Shown piece after piece: positions 9,610 to 17,515 of a stretch of DNA of 18,082 bases. The position numbers and the translations under genes are program-made. How positions within the stretch are numbered: the stretch's first letter is position 1; every line of letters starts with the position of its first letter. The notes under the pieces were generated by a model. That model ran no database searches, was not told the DNA's origin, and worked only from the letters and a program-made list of their open reading frames with translations. Location of the stretch: contig CAYVSA010000043.1 in NCBI GenBank assembly GCA_964454175.1, forward strand, positions 1 through 18,082. The letters run 5' to 3'. This stretch comes from an uncultured Pseudomonadota bacterium (GTDB lineage Bacteria > BMS3Abin14).

Positions 9610-10835
9610 TCCTCTTCAGGGTGGCGTGGCGCAACCTCTGGAGGAATACTCGCCGGACAATTATAACCATGTTTTCAATGGCCTTCGGCCTGTCTTTCAT
9701 GATAGTCAGCCATGCCCTCATGACAGGGATGGCCGATCAGATGGTCTATTTCGCCACCGCACTCAACACCGGACATATTCAGCTTCATCAGGAAAGCTAC
9801 CTCGAAAAACGATCGATCTACACAAGCATCGATGACCCCTCCCCTATCCTGAAAAAGCTGGATTCCCTTGAGATCGGACATTCATCGGTTCGTGCCTTTT
9901 CTACGGCCCTGATTAGTTCAGGGCCGCGATCCACGGGTGCCGCACTCATGGGTATAGATCCTGTTGCTGAAAGGCAAGTAACGGATCTTTACAAGCATTT
10001 GGGATCCGGTAATTTTCTTGTTCCGAATGAACATGGAAAGGTTGTGCTGGGCAAACACCTGGCCGAAAAACTCAACATAGGACCGGGAGAAGAAATAATA
10101 CTCCTTGCGCAGGCGGCGGATGGATCCCTCGGCAACGAAATTTATACAGTAAAGGGAGTCTTGAACAGCGTTGGAGCAATGCTGGATCGGACCGGCGTGA
10201 TCATGTCCCTTGCCGACCTTGATCTCCTTTTGTCCCTTGAGGGAAGGGTACATGAGATCGCAGTACGCCTGGACAAGCCTGACCTTCTTGAAGAAACTGC
10301 CACAAATATCAAAGCATCCCTCGATGGAGATGGACTGGAAGTTAAGACGTGGAAGGAGGTGATGCCCGCTGTATCGCAGATGGTGGATCTTCACGACACA
10401 GGCTCTCTCATTATCCTTTTTGTTATCTTTGCAGTCGCCTCCCTCGGGATCATGAATACGCAGTTGATGTCGATTTTCGAAAGAACCCGAGAGTTCGGAG
10501 TTATGAGAGCTATAGGGATGGGCCCGTTAAGGTTGATCTCACTCATAGCACTGGAAAACATGTACATGTCCATCATGGCGGGCACTGCTGGTTCACTGGT
10601 CGGAGCCCTGTGGTCTCATCGCCTCCAGGTACACGGTCTGGACTTGAGGAAATTCGCCGGGGAATTTGATCTTGGCGGCATCATCTTTGATACATTCATG
10701 AGAGCACACCTGTCTCTTTCGACGGTAACAGAGCCTCTGCTTGTGATGTTTCTTGTGGTGTTCCTTGCATCTTTGTACCCTGCTGTCAGGGCGATCCGCA
10801 TTAGTCCTGTGGACGCGCTGGGAAGGGGCCGATGA
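9606..10835 (+). CDS. ABC transporter permease, FtsX/MacB/LolE-like
   Basis: 409 aa, GTG start with a 4-bp overlap. N-terminal AWRNLWRNTRRTIIT, TM1, large periplasmic domain, and C-terminal TMs with IMNTQLMSIFERTREFGVMRAIGM. Confidence 0.92.
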   Translation: MILFRVAWRNLWRNTRRTIITMFSMAFGLSFMIVSHALMTGMADQMVYFATALNTGHIQLHQESYLEKRSIYTSIDDPSPILKKLDSLEIGHSSVRAFSTALISSGPRSTGAALMGIDPVAERQVTDLYKHLGSGNFLVPNEHGKVVLGKHLAEKLNIGPGEEIILLAQAADGSLGNEIYTVKGVLNSVGAMLDRTGVIMSLADLDLLLSLEGRVHEIAVRLDKPDLLEETATNIKASLDGDGLEVKTWKEVMPAVSQMVDLHDTGSLIILFVIFAVASLGIMNTQLMSIFERTREFGVMRAIGMGPLRLISLIALENMYMSIMAGTAGSLVGALWSHRLQVHGLDLRKFAGEFDLGGIIFDTFMRAHLSLSTVTEPLLVMFLVVFLASLYPAVRAIRISPVDALGRGR

Positions 10836-12061
10836 TGGTCATTAACCTTGCCGCAAGAAACCTTCACCGCAACATTAGAAGGACACTTCTGACCCTCACC
10901 GGGATCGCTGTGGGTATGGCTCTTGCCATGATGGCTATCGGATTGGGGGACGGCGGCCACGATATGATGATCGAGAACGGGCTTGCACTGGGGCAGGGCC
11001 ACATAACCATTCAGCCGCAGAACTACCTGCAGTCACCATCTACTGGCCTCTTCCTGGCTGATGCATCAGGCCTCAATGACATAGTTAGATCTGAACCCGA
11101 AGTGGAGATCTCATACCCTCGAATTCGCGGCGATGGAATGCTTTCATCAGCTGTAGGAGGTGAAGGTATCGGTTTCGTTGGCATAGATCCCGGGATAGCG
11201 GGCGAGGGTAATATTGTCAAACGCAGCATGGTCGAGGGCGAGTTTCCCGACAGCCCTGAAGGCAATTGGATAGTTATCGGCAGGAAACTGGCCAGGCTTT
11301 TAAACCTCAAGGTTGGGCGAAAGGCTGTACTTACGGTGCAGGATTCTACTGGAGAGATCACGAGTGCTCTATTCAGGGTAAAGGGCATTTTCTACTCGGG
11401 TTCACCGGAGATCGATCGAACCTATACAATTATGCCCCTTAAAACACTCCAGGAGGTACTCGGTATGGGTGAGGGAGTAACCTCCATTGCGGTCTACCTG
11501 GGGGAACACCGGGAGACTGGCGCAGTTTTAAAGAAACTCAGGGAAACCATATCTACAGAGAAAATCGATATTCTGCCCTGGCAGGAAGTTCAGCCTGAGC
11601 TCAGGGATTATGTCGTCCTGGACGACGCATTCGGCTACCTCTACTACCTGATAATAATGGTCATCGTCTCCATCGGAGTGCTCAATACAGTTCTCATGTC
11701 CGTAATGGATCGAAAAAGAGAGATCGGCATACTCATGGCAGTGGGGATGAAGCCGGCCTCTGTACTCAGGATGATCCTGATGGAAACCTTCTTAATTGCG
11801 CTGCTTGGTACCATGGCCGGGCTTATACTCGGCTACGGCATCCACTACTATTTTGCCACCTACGGCCTTAACCTGGGTTCATATCTGGAGGATCTGAGTC
11901 TGGCAGGTACAGTCATCGACCCCGTTTACTACTCCAGCTTGAGGCCTGCACGGATCCTCCAGATCTGCACCGTTGTGATACTGATGACGGTCAGCATGGG
12001 GATCTATCCTGCCATAAAAGCTTCCAGGACGGAGCCAGTCGAGGCGATGGAGAAACCGTAG
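10832..12061 (+). CDS. ABC transporter permease, FtsX/MacB/LolE-like (paralog)
   Basis: 409 aa, ATGA overlap with the previous gene. Motifs AARNLHRNIRRTLLT, VLNTVLMSVMDRKREIGILMAVGM and YPAIKASRTEPVEAM. Confidence 0.92.
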   Translation: MMVINLAARNLHRNIRRTLLTLTGIAVGMALAMMAIGLGDGGHDMMIENGLALGQGHITIQPQNYLQSPSTGLFLADASGLNDIVRSEPEVEISYPRIRGDGMLSSAVGGEGIGFVGIDPGIAGEGNIVKRSMVEGEFPDSPEGNWIVIGRKLARLLNLKVGRKAVLTVQDSTGEITSALFRVKGIFYSGSPEIDRTYTIMPLKTLQEVLGMGEGVTSIAVYLGEHRETGAVLKKLRETISTEKIDILPWQEVQPELRDYVVLDDAFGYLYYLIIMVIVSIGVLNTVLMSVMDRKREIGILMAVGMKPASVLRMILMETFLIALLGTMAGLILGYGIHYYFATYGLNLGSYLEDLSLAGTVIDPVYYSSLRPARILQICTVVILMTVSMGIYPAIKASRTEPVEAMEKP

Positions 12062-12086
12062 ATGGGGGTGAGAGCGCGTCCAACTG

Positions 12087-12114
12087 GAAACAAGAAACAA
12101 GAAACTGGAAACAG
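12087..12114 (+). repeat. Degenerate heptamer tandem repeat (GAAACWR x4)
   Basis: GAAACAA GAAACAA GAAACTG GAAACAG. Confidence 0.8.
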
Positions 12115-12132
12115 TACCAACAGGAGTTATCT

Positions 12133-12816
12133 ATGCCGATCATAAAGACCGAGAAACTTACGAAAATATATAAGCAAGGCGCTGTTGAAGTTGCCGCCCT
12201 TTCTGATGTGGATCTGCAGATCAACGGCAGCGACTTCGCTGTGGTTGCCGGCCCTTCAGGATCCGGAAAAACCACCCTGCTAAACCTCCTCGGTGCACTG
12301 GATAAGCCGACATCGGGAAAGATATGGCTGGACGGCCAGGAGATTACGGAACTTTCCAGAGCTGAGAGATCTGTGTTGAGAAGGGATCATATCGGATTCG
12401 TCTTTCAGTTCTACAACCTCATCCCCGTCCTGACTGCGTACGAAAACACTGAGTTCGTCATGCTCCTGCAGGGAGTGGATCAAACTGACCGCAGGGAACG
12501 GGCAATGACGCTTCTGAAAACAGTGGGGCTGGAGAACCTGGAAAACAGGCGCCCCCACGAACTCTCCGGGGGGCAGCAGCAGAGGGTGGCCATCGCCAGG
12601 GCCCTCGCCTCGGAACCAGCCCTCGTCCTGGCCGACGAACCCACGGCCAACCTGGACACGAAAACCGGACAGGACCTCCTTGACCTGATGCAGGATCTCA
12701 ATACGAATCTTGGAACTACGTTCCTTTTTTCCTCCCACGATCCCGAAGTCATGGACAGGGCGCAGCGCCTCATCCTCCTCAGGGATGGCAAAGTTGTTGA
12801 GGACAGGGTCAGGTGA
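12133..12816 (+). CDS. ABC transporter ATP-binding protein (LolD/MacB-like)
   Basis: 227 aa. Walker A GPSGSGKT, Q-loop GFVFQ, signature LSGGQQQRV, Walker B VLADEPT, H-loop SSHD; AGGAG RBS. Confidence 0.96.
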   Translation: MPIIKTEKLTKIYKQGAVEVAALSDVDLQINGSDFAVVAGPSGSGKTTLLNLLGALDKPTSGKIWLDGQEITELSRAERSVLRRDHIGFVFQFYNLIPVLTAYENTEFVMLLQGVDQTDRRERAMTLLKTVGLENLENRRPHELSGGQQQRVAIARALASEPALVLADEPTANLDTKTGQDLLDLMQDLNTNLGTTFLFSSHDPEVMDRAQRLILLRDGKVVEDRVR

Positions 12817-12826
12817 TGGTGAACGC

Positions 12827-12896
12827 GTCCAACGTCCAAGGTCCAATGTCCAACGGTAGATGGGAGTGAGAACACTTCCAGCGGCCAAGGTCCAGC
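12827..12896 (+). repeat. Degenerate heptamer tandem repeats (GTCCAAN x4, then three degenerate units)
   Basis: GTCCAAC GTCCAAG GTCCAAT GTCCAAC (12827-12854); TTCCAGC GGCCAAG GTCCAGC (12876-12896). Confidence 0.8.
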
Positions 12897-12933
12897 GTGT
12901 TGTAAAGATTCCAGCAGAAATGGAAGTGCCGGA

Positions 12934-14106
12934 TTGAGACTGGTTTTCAGACAATTTGTCGCCATCCTGGCTGTTGGGGCTGTTTTACTTTTACAGCCGG
13001 TACATCCATCATACGCCGCCTGGACCGGCATTGAAACTGACTTCGAGGGAGTCGTTACAAGAGATCCCTATGTTACCGGAGATACGGTCCCGGCTGCGGT
13101 GTGGGGTATGTCGGGAAGATACATGCTCCAGGAAACTGCTGGCAGCTTATTCTTTGAGCTGCACATACTGGCAGCGCTGAACACAAGCTCCTCACCTTCC
13201 ACCACTGGCACGTCTATAGCCTCTTCTCCCTTCAGGGTACTGGACCTGGAATCAACGCACTACGAAGGCGACAGGACCACCCTGTCTTCCGAGCTGGACC
13301 GTCTGTCAGTCACCTTTGAAGGTTCATTGGCAAGAGTCACCATAGGTAGACAGGCCATTACCTGGGGGGAAGCATTTTTCTTCAATATTGAGGACCTTTT
13401 CGGAGCCTTCCCTGCAACCGAGACGAATCGCCTGCACAAGACGGGTATCGATGCCGCAGCTGTCACGCTATCCACGGGGCCGTTCTCGGAGCTGACTGCT
13501 GTGGGTGTTCCAGGCGGGGATGAGCCCGCAAGCCTGGGGCTAAGGTACCAGTTTCCCTCGGGTGACGGTAATTTCTCCCTGGTTGGAGGCAAATTTGCAC
13601 AGGACACATCCGCCGGGATCGGGTTTGCCGGCGACTATTCGGGAACCAAGCTGTATTTCCACGGCCTGCTGACAACCCCAGACATCCAGGATTCCTTCAC
13701 CCAATTCGTTCTGGGCGCGGAGCGCCAACTGGACTCCCTCACCCATTTTACCGGGGAGCTGTATCGCAACGGATGGGGGAGCTCGGACCCTGCCGACTAC
13801 ACCCTTCTGGCCTTGACAGACAGGTTCAGGGAGGGCAGAAGCCTGACCCTGGGAAGGTGGAGTGCCGCCGGGCAGGTTTCCCGCATTCTGAGTCCACTGC
13901 TAACAGGCAGCGCTGCGCTTTTCGTAAATTTGAACGACGGCAGCACCCTCATCAGGGTCGATGGCGGATACTCCCTTTCAAACAACTCGGACTTCAGGGG
14001 CGGCCTGCTGCTGGGCCTCGGAGAGAGGAAGCGAGGATCGATACTCAGGAGCGAATACGGCTCGGTACCTCCCGGTTTATTCTGGGAATTGATAGTTAAT
14101 TATTAG
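12934..14106 (+). CDS. Probable outer-membrane beta-barrel protein of unknown function
   Basis: 390 aa, TTG start, signal peptide (..PSYA). Many amphipathic beta-strand-like segments, motif VTIGRQAITWG, and a C-terminal aromatic residue (WELIVNY) consistent with a BAM signal. Confidence 0.7.
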   Translation: MRLVFRQFVAILAVGAVLLLQPVHPSYAAWTGIETDFEGVVTRDPYVTGDTVPAAVWGMSGRYMLQETAGSLFFELHILAALNTSSSPSTTGTSIASSPFRVLDLESTHYEGDRTTLSSELDRLSVTFEGSLARVTIGRQAITWGEAFFFNIEDLFGAFPATETNRLHKTGIDAAAVTLSTGPFSELTAVGVPGGDEPASLGLRYQFPSGDGNFSLVGGKFAQDTSAGIGFAGDYSGTKLYFHGLLTTPDIQDSFTQFVLGAERQLDSLTHFTGELYRNGWGSSDPADYTLLALTDRFREGRSLTLGRWSAAGQVSRILSPLLTGSAALFVNLNDGSTLIRVDGGYSLSNNSDFRGGLLLGLGERKRGSILRSEYGSVPPGLFWELIVNY

Positions 14107-14117
14107 TCAGATCATTA

Positions 14118-14177
14118 GAATATTGGAAATTAGAAAATGGAAATTGGAAATTGGATATAACCTGAAACTGGAGACTG
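14118..14177 (+). repeat. Degenerate heptamer tandem repeat (GAAATTG-like) between convergent genes
   Basis: GAATATTG GAAATTA GAAAATG GAAATTG GAAATTG GATATAA cct GAAACTG GAGACTG. Confidence 0.75.
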
Positions 14178-14180
14178 TCT

Positions 14181-15686
14181 CTACACCAGTTGCATTCTCG
14201 GTATTGTAACCGTAAACACACTCCCCTCTCCCGGTGCGCTATCTACTGTTATCTCGCCTCCGTGGAGGTGGACTATTTCCCTGGCAATGGCAAGCCCCAC
14301 TCCTGAACCGCCTCTGACAGTATCGATCGCGGCCCTGGTCCTGTAGAACATGTCGAAGATGTGCCCGATCTCCTCCTTGTCGATGCCGATGCCGGTATCC
14401 GATACAGTTATGACAAAATTATTATGATCCTCTCTGGCCTTAATAGAAACCTTGCCGCCCTCGGGTGTGTATTTCAAGGCATTGGACAGAAGGTTCTGTA
14501 TGACCTGATGAAACCGGTACCTGTCCACTTCGATGGGAGATGGATCCTCCGGCAGGTCCACATCGAGGACCACCCCCTTCTGGATGGATGAATTCCTTGC
14601 TTCATCAGTCAACTGGGTGAGTTCCTTGTAGGGATCGATCGGAGCGAAGGCCAGTTTGATCTCGCCGGCGTCCAGCTTGGACAGATCCAGCACCTCGTCA
14701 ACCAGTTTTTCCAGCTTCCAGGAGTTTACCACTGCCACTTCCAGGGCCTTTCCGAAATCCTCGTCCAACCCTTCGGAGAGTTCGTCCTTTAACAGGAAAA
14801 GGGCCCCTTTTATTACCGTGAGAGGGTCTCTCAGCTCGTGGGAGATCATGGAGAGAAAACGCTTTTTCGTGTGCAGGGCATTAGACAGCTCCGTGCTTCT
14901 TATCTGAGTCTCGTTGATAAGCCTGTTGTTCATCACGATCTCACCAAGGTGCTGCCCAAGCATCTGAAAAAGATCGAGACCCACATCCGAAAATTCCCTG
15001 TGAGTAAGGCTCACAACCCCCATGACACCCAGTACCCTGGTTTCCGACATCAGTGGGAAAAAAGCCGCTGAAACAGCTCCCGCATTGTGCATGGCCTGAA
15101 TGAACTGATCCGGCACTGCCTCAGTGTGCTCCAGAACGAGAGGTTCACCAGTATTTATTACCTTGTTGAGGATCGTATCTTTAATAGCAAGGTCATCGGA
15201 CAGCAGATCGATATCAACCGGCATTTCCCAGCGATGGTTGACCCTGATGGTTTCGGATCCATTCACCAGAAACATGAAGCCTCCGTCAAGTTCCATGGTG
15301 TTGATGACCCTTGCAAGCAGCTCTTTCCACAAAAGTCTGGGGTCGTCACGAACCGGCAGCATTTTTGTTATTGCGTTTATGGCGTTCATCACCCTGCCCC
15401 GGGCGGCCACGGCGCTCTCCTTACCGGAAAAAACGGAGAGCGAAAACAACATAAGAAAACCAATGGGGATCAGGATCTCTACGTAGTCGTTAAAAGGAAC
15501 CAGCATGGAACCGACTGCTGCTCTCTCAAAGAGATTAATGGTCGTATAGACCAGGAAAACCGTCAGGAGAAGCCCCAGTGCTGTTCTGAAAGCATAAATT
15601 CCCAGCGACTTTTCCCTGATAACTGTAAAAAGTGCATAAAACAGGGAACCCAGAGCAAGGAGATCGATAAAAAGTATGATATTCAA
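14181..15686 (-). CDS. Membrane sensor histidine kinase (3 N-terminal TMs, GAF, HisKA, HATPase_c)
   Basis: Start re-assigned to TTG at 15686 (501 aa, NIILFIDLL...), with AGGAG about 9 nt upstream and a TTGA overlap with the upstream gene stop. H-box FLSMISHELRDPL, N-box QVIQNLLSNALKYT, G boxes DTGIGI and GGSGVGLAI, GAF-like region (AAFFPLMSETRVLGVMGV). Confidence 0.9.
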   Translation of the reverse strand: MNIILFIDLLALGSLFYALFTVIREKSLGIYAFRTALGLLLTVFLVYTTINLFERAAVGSMLVPFNDYVEILIPIGFLMLFSLSVFSGKESAVAARGRVMNAINAITKMLPVRDDPRLLWKELLARVINTMELDGGFMFLVNGSETIRVNHRWEMPVDIDLLSDDLAIKDTILNKVINTGEPLVLEHTEAVPDQFIQAMHNAGAVSAAFFPLMSETRVLGVMGVVSLTHREFSDVGLDLFQMLGQHLGEIVMNNRLINETQIRSTELSNALHTKKRFLSMISHELRDPLTVIKGALFLLKDELSEGLDEDFGKALEVAVVNSWKLEKLVDEVLDLSKLDAGEIKLAFAPIDPYKELTQLTDEARNSSIQKGVVLDVDLPEDPSPIEVDRYRFHQVIQNLLSNALKYTPEGGKVSIKAREDHNNFVITVSDTGIGIDKEEIGHIFDMFYRTRAAIDTVRGGSGVGLAIAREIVHLHGGEITVDSAPGEGSVFTVTIPRMQLV

Positions 15687-15970
15687 AGGGTGTCTCTCCT
15701 GCCTTGCCGGGTGAGTGACTGATATCTGCAGCCGAGGGCGATGAGAAAGGCGGCGATCGCAAAGAGCGAGTGCTCCAGGATATTGAATAAAAGGGGGAGA
15801 TAGAAGGGTTCGAGGATGGCGAAGATCAGGCCCACCAAAATGCATGCCTGGGAAATAATAATGAGATTGTTGAAGTAGCCGGTGAGGTCCTTGAGATTGG
15901 CAAGGACGTATATCATCACGAGCGCACTTAACATCAGGCTCACTACAACTGCAGGATTAAGCGTCTCCAA
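15683..15970 (-). CDS. Small three-helix membrane protein, putative accessory subunit of the downstream kinase
   Basis: 95 aa, TTG start with GGAG 8 nt upstream, three hydrophobic segments. Its stop overlaps the kinase start (TTGA). Confidence 0.75.
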   Translation of the reverse strand: METLNPAVVVSLMLSALVMIYVLANLKDLTGYFNNLIIISQACILVGLIFAILEPFYLPLLFNILEHSLFAIAAFLIALGCRYQSLTRQGRRDTL

Positions 15971-16110
15971 TTCTTATACTCCACGAGAGGTAAGTGTTTC
16001 CTGAAAACAAATGTAAATTCCAACATTATTAATAAAGAAAAAATCGGCCGAAGGCAAGGATTGTTTGTATTGGCGGTTTGGGTCGAACTTTACCACTCAC
16101 CATCCCGTTC

Positions 16111-16139
16111 TTGTATCAATAAACCGATAACGCTATAGT
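16111..16139 (+). promoter_or_regulatory. Putative sigma70 promoter for the zinc-finger-azlCD operon
   Basis: TTGTAT (16111-16116), 17-bp spacer, TATAGT (16134-16139). Confidence 0.6.
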
Positions 16140-16183
16140 TACTGACTATTTCAGAATCAGGCCGAATCGAGTGTGATTAAAAT

Positions 16184-16372
16184 ATGGAGTCGAAAAACAT
16201 TACAGAGGCACCGATCCCCTGCCCCGAATGCCAGGGTTCAGGACTGATCGGTAGGGGATGCAACCTGTTTCAGTGCTACGCATGTTCGGGTTCCGGTCAG
16301 CAAGCTGACAAGACCGACCCGGACACCAGCGGCGGTACGCCTTCCAAAACAAACCCTTCAGCGGATGAATAG
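16184..16372 (+). CDS. Small DnaJ-type zinc-finger protein (two CxxCxGxG motifs)
   Basis: 62 aa containing CPECQGSG and CYACSGSG. Stop overlaps the azlC start (ATGAATAG). RBS is weak. Confidence 0.7.
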   Translation: MESKNITEAPIPCPECQGSGLIGRGCNLFQCYACSGSGQQADKTDPDTSGGTPSKTNPSADE

Positions 16373-17069
16373 GAAAACATTGTCCGAGCTCAAGCGGGGT
16401 ATGATCGAATTCTCGCCCGTTGCTCTGGTTATTTCTTCTTATGCCGTTATCTTTGGGGCACTTGCCGTTAGCAGCGGCCTGACGGTGTGGGAAAGCTGCT
16501 TCATGTCCCTTACCGTCTTTGCCGGAGCTTCGCAGTTCATTGCACTGCCCATGATCCAGGATGGCTCACCCTGGTGGGCACTGGTTATCATGGCCCTGGT
16601 TGTCAACATGCGTCACCTGCTCTACGGCCTTAATATCGGACGGCTTTTTAAAGATTCACCTCGAGGTACACTTCTGGGACTTTCCTTCGGCATTGTAGAC
16701 GAGACATACGCATTTATCACAGTGGGCCCCGGAAGAAAAAATGCCTCAGTGCCCTACTTTGCCGGAACCGCCGTCTGCGCCTACCTCACCTGGAACCTGG
16801 GTACCCTGGCTGGAGCCGCCCTTTTCGGGCTGCTTATAACAGGGCAGATGCAGGGGATGGACTTTGCCATGCTTGCAGTGTTTACCGCGATGGTGGGTTC
16901 CTCCCTGCGTGAGGCAAATGACTGGCTGGTGCTCATATCCGCCGGATGCCTGTCCCTGCTGATTTATACATTTGCTGGCGGATACTGGCATCTGATCATA
17001 ACCGGCCTTGCTGTACCGGTGGTCCTGACGGCCGTCAACGGCCGCAAAACGGGGGAATCACAGACATGA
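16365..17069 (+). CDS. azlC: AzlC-family branched-chain amino acid exporter, large subunit
   Basis: 234 aa, hydrophobic. Motifs MSLTVFAGASQFIA, VVNMRHLLYG and FGIVDETYA. Confidence 0.92.
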   Translation: MNRKTLSELKRGMIEFSPVALVISSYAVIFGALAVSSGLTVWESCFMSLTVFAGASQFIALPMIQDGSPWWALVIMALVVNMRHLLYGLNIGRLFKDSPRGTLLGLSFGIVDETYAFITVGPGRKNASVPYFAGTAVCAYLTWNLGTLAGAALFGLLITGQMQGMDFAMLAVFTAMVGSSLREANDWLVLISAGCLSLLIYTFAGGYWHLIITGLAVPVVLTAVNGRKTGESQT

Positions 17070-17392
17070 AGCCGGCCCTTGCGGCAGTATTCATTGGGAT
17101 GACGATCGTGACCTTCCTGACCAGGTCCCTGTTCACTGTTATGGTCGCGAGGGTGCGCACCGGCCCCTTTCTGGAGAAGGTTCTTTACTCCATACCCCTC
17201 GCAACCCTGACGGCGCTCGTGGTCCCGCCCCTTCTCAGCCCGGGGAGGGCAGGCATTTCTCTTGCGAACAATCCGTACCTTTTAGCCGGTGCCCTCACCT
17301 TTGTTGTTTCCTTTTTCACGCGGAATCTTTTCCTGTCAGTGCTCTGCGGGATCGGACTTTTTTTAGTCCTGCTCCACTATTTACCCTTGTAG
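17066..17392 (+). CDS. azlD: AzlD-family exporter, small subunit
   Basis: Start re-assigned to ATG 17066 (ATGA overlap with the azlC stop), 108 aa. GMTIVTFLTRSLF..LYSIPLATLTALVVP and TRNLFLSVLCG fit AzlD. Confidence 0.88.
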   Translation: MKPALAAVFIGMTIVTFLTRSLFTVMVARVRTGPFLEKVLYSIPLATLTALVVPPLLSPGRAGISLANNPYLLAGALTFVVSFFTRNLFLSVLCGIGLFLVLLHYLPL

Positions 17393-17404
17393 ATAGACCT
17401 GTAA

Positions 17405-17413
17405 TGGTATAGT
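17405..17413 (+). promoter_or_regulatory. Putative extended -10 promoter
   Basis: TGgTATAGT at 17405-17413, just upstream of an AGGAGG sequence (17418-17423). Confidence 0.4.
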
Positions 17414-17515
17414 TAAAAGGAGGGGTAACAGATGTGGGGGTGGTAGTATCCGGAGTTTCAAACGGTCTACCCGCAAGCTCCTCCCTTCCCCCCTGAGGAG
17501 AGTTTCGCGGGAAAA

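Noticed and set aside
12280-13031. 224-aa and 183-aa minus-strand ORFs containing WTLDLGRWT-like repeats
   Set aside because: Antisense to the ABC ATPase. The peptide repeats are just translations of the heptamer array.
15687-15845. 53-codon N-terminal extension of the histidine kinase in the ORF track (ATG 15845)
   Set aside because: It overlaps the 95-aa membrane-protein gene in another frame and looks non-coding. TTG 15686 has an RBS and a stop/start overlap.
16946-17065. Longer 148-aa version of azlD
   Set aside because: It overlaps the azlC 3' end by 120 bp. The ATGA coupling at 17066 gives a typical AzlD size.
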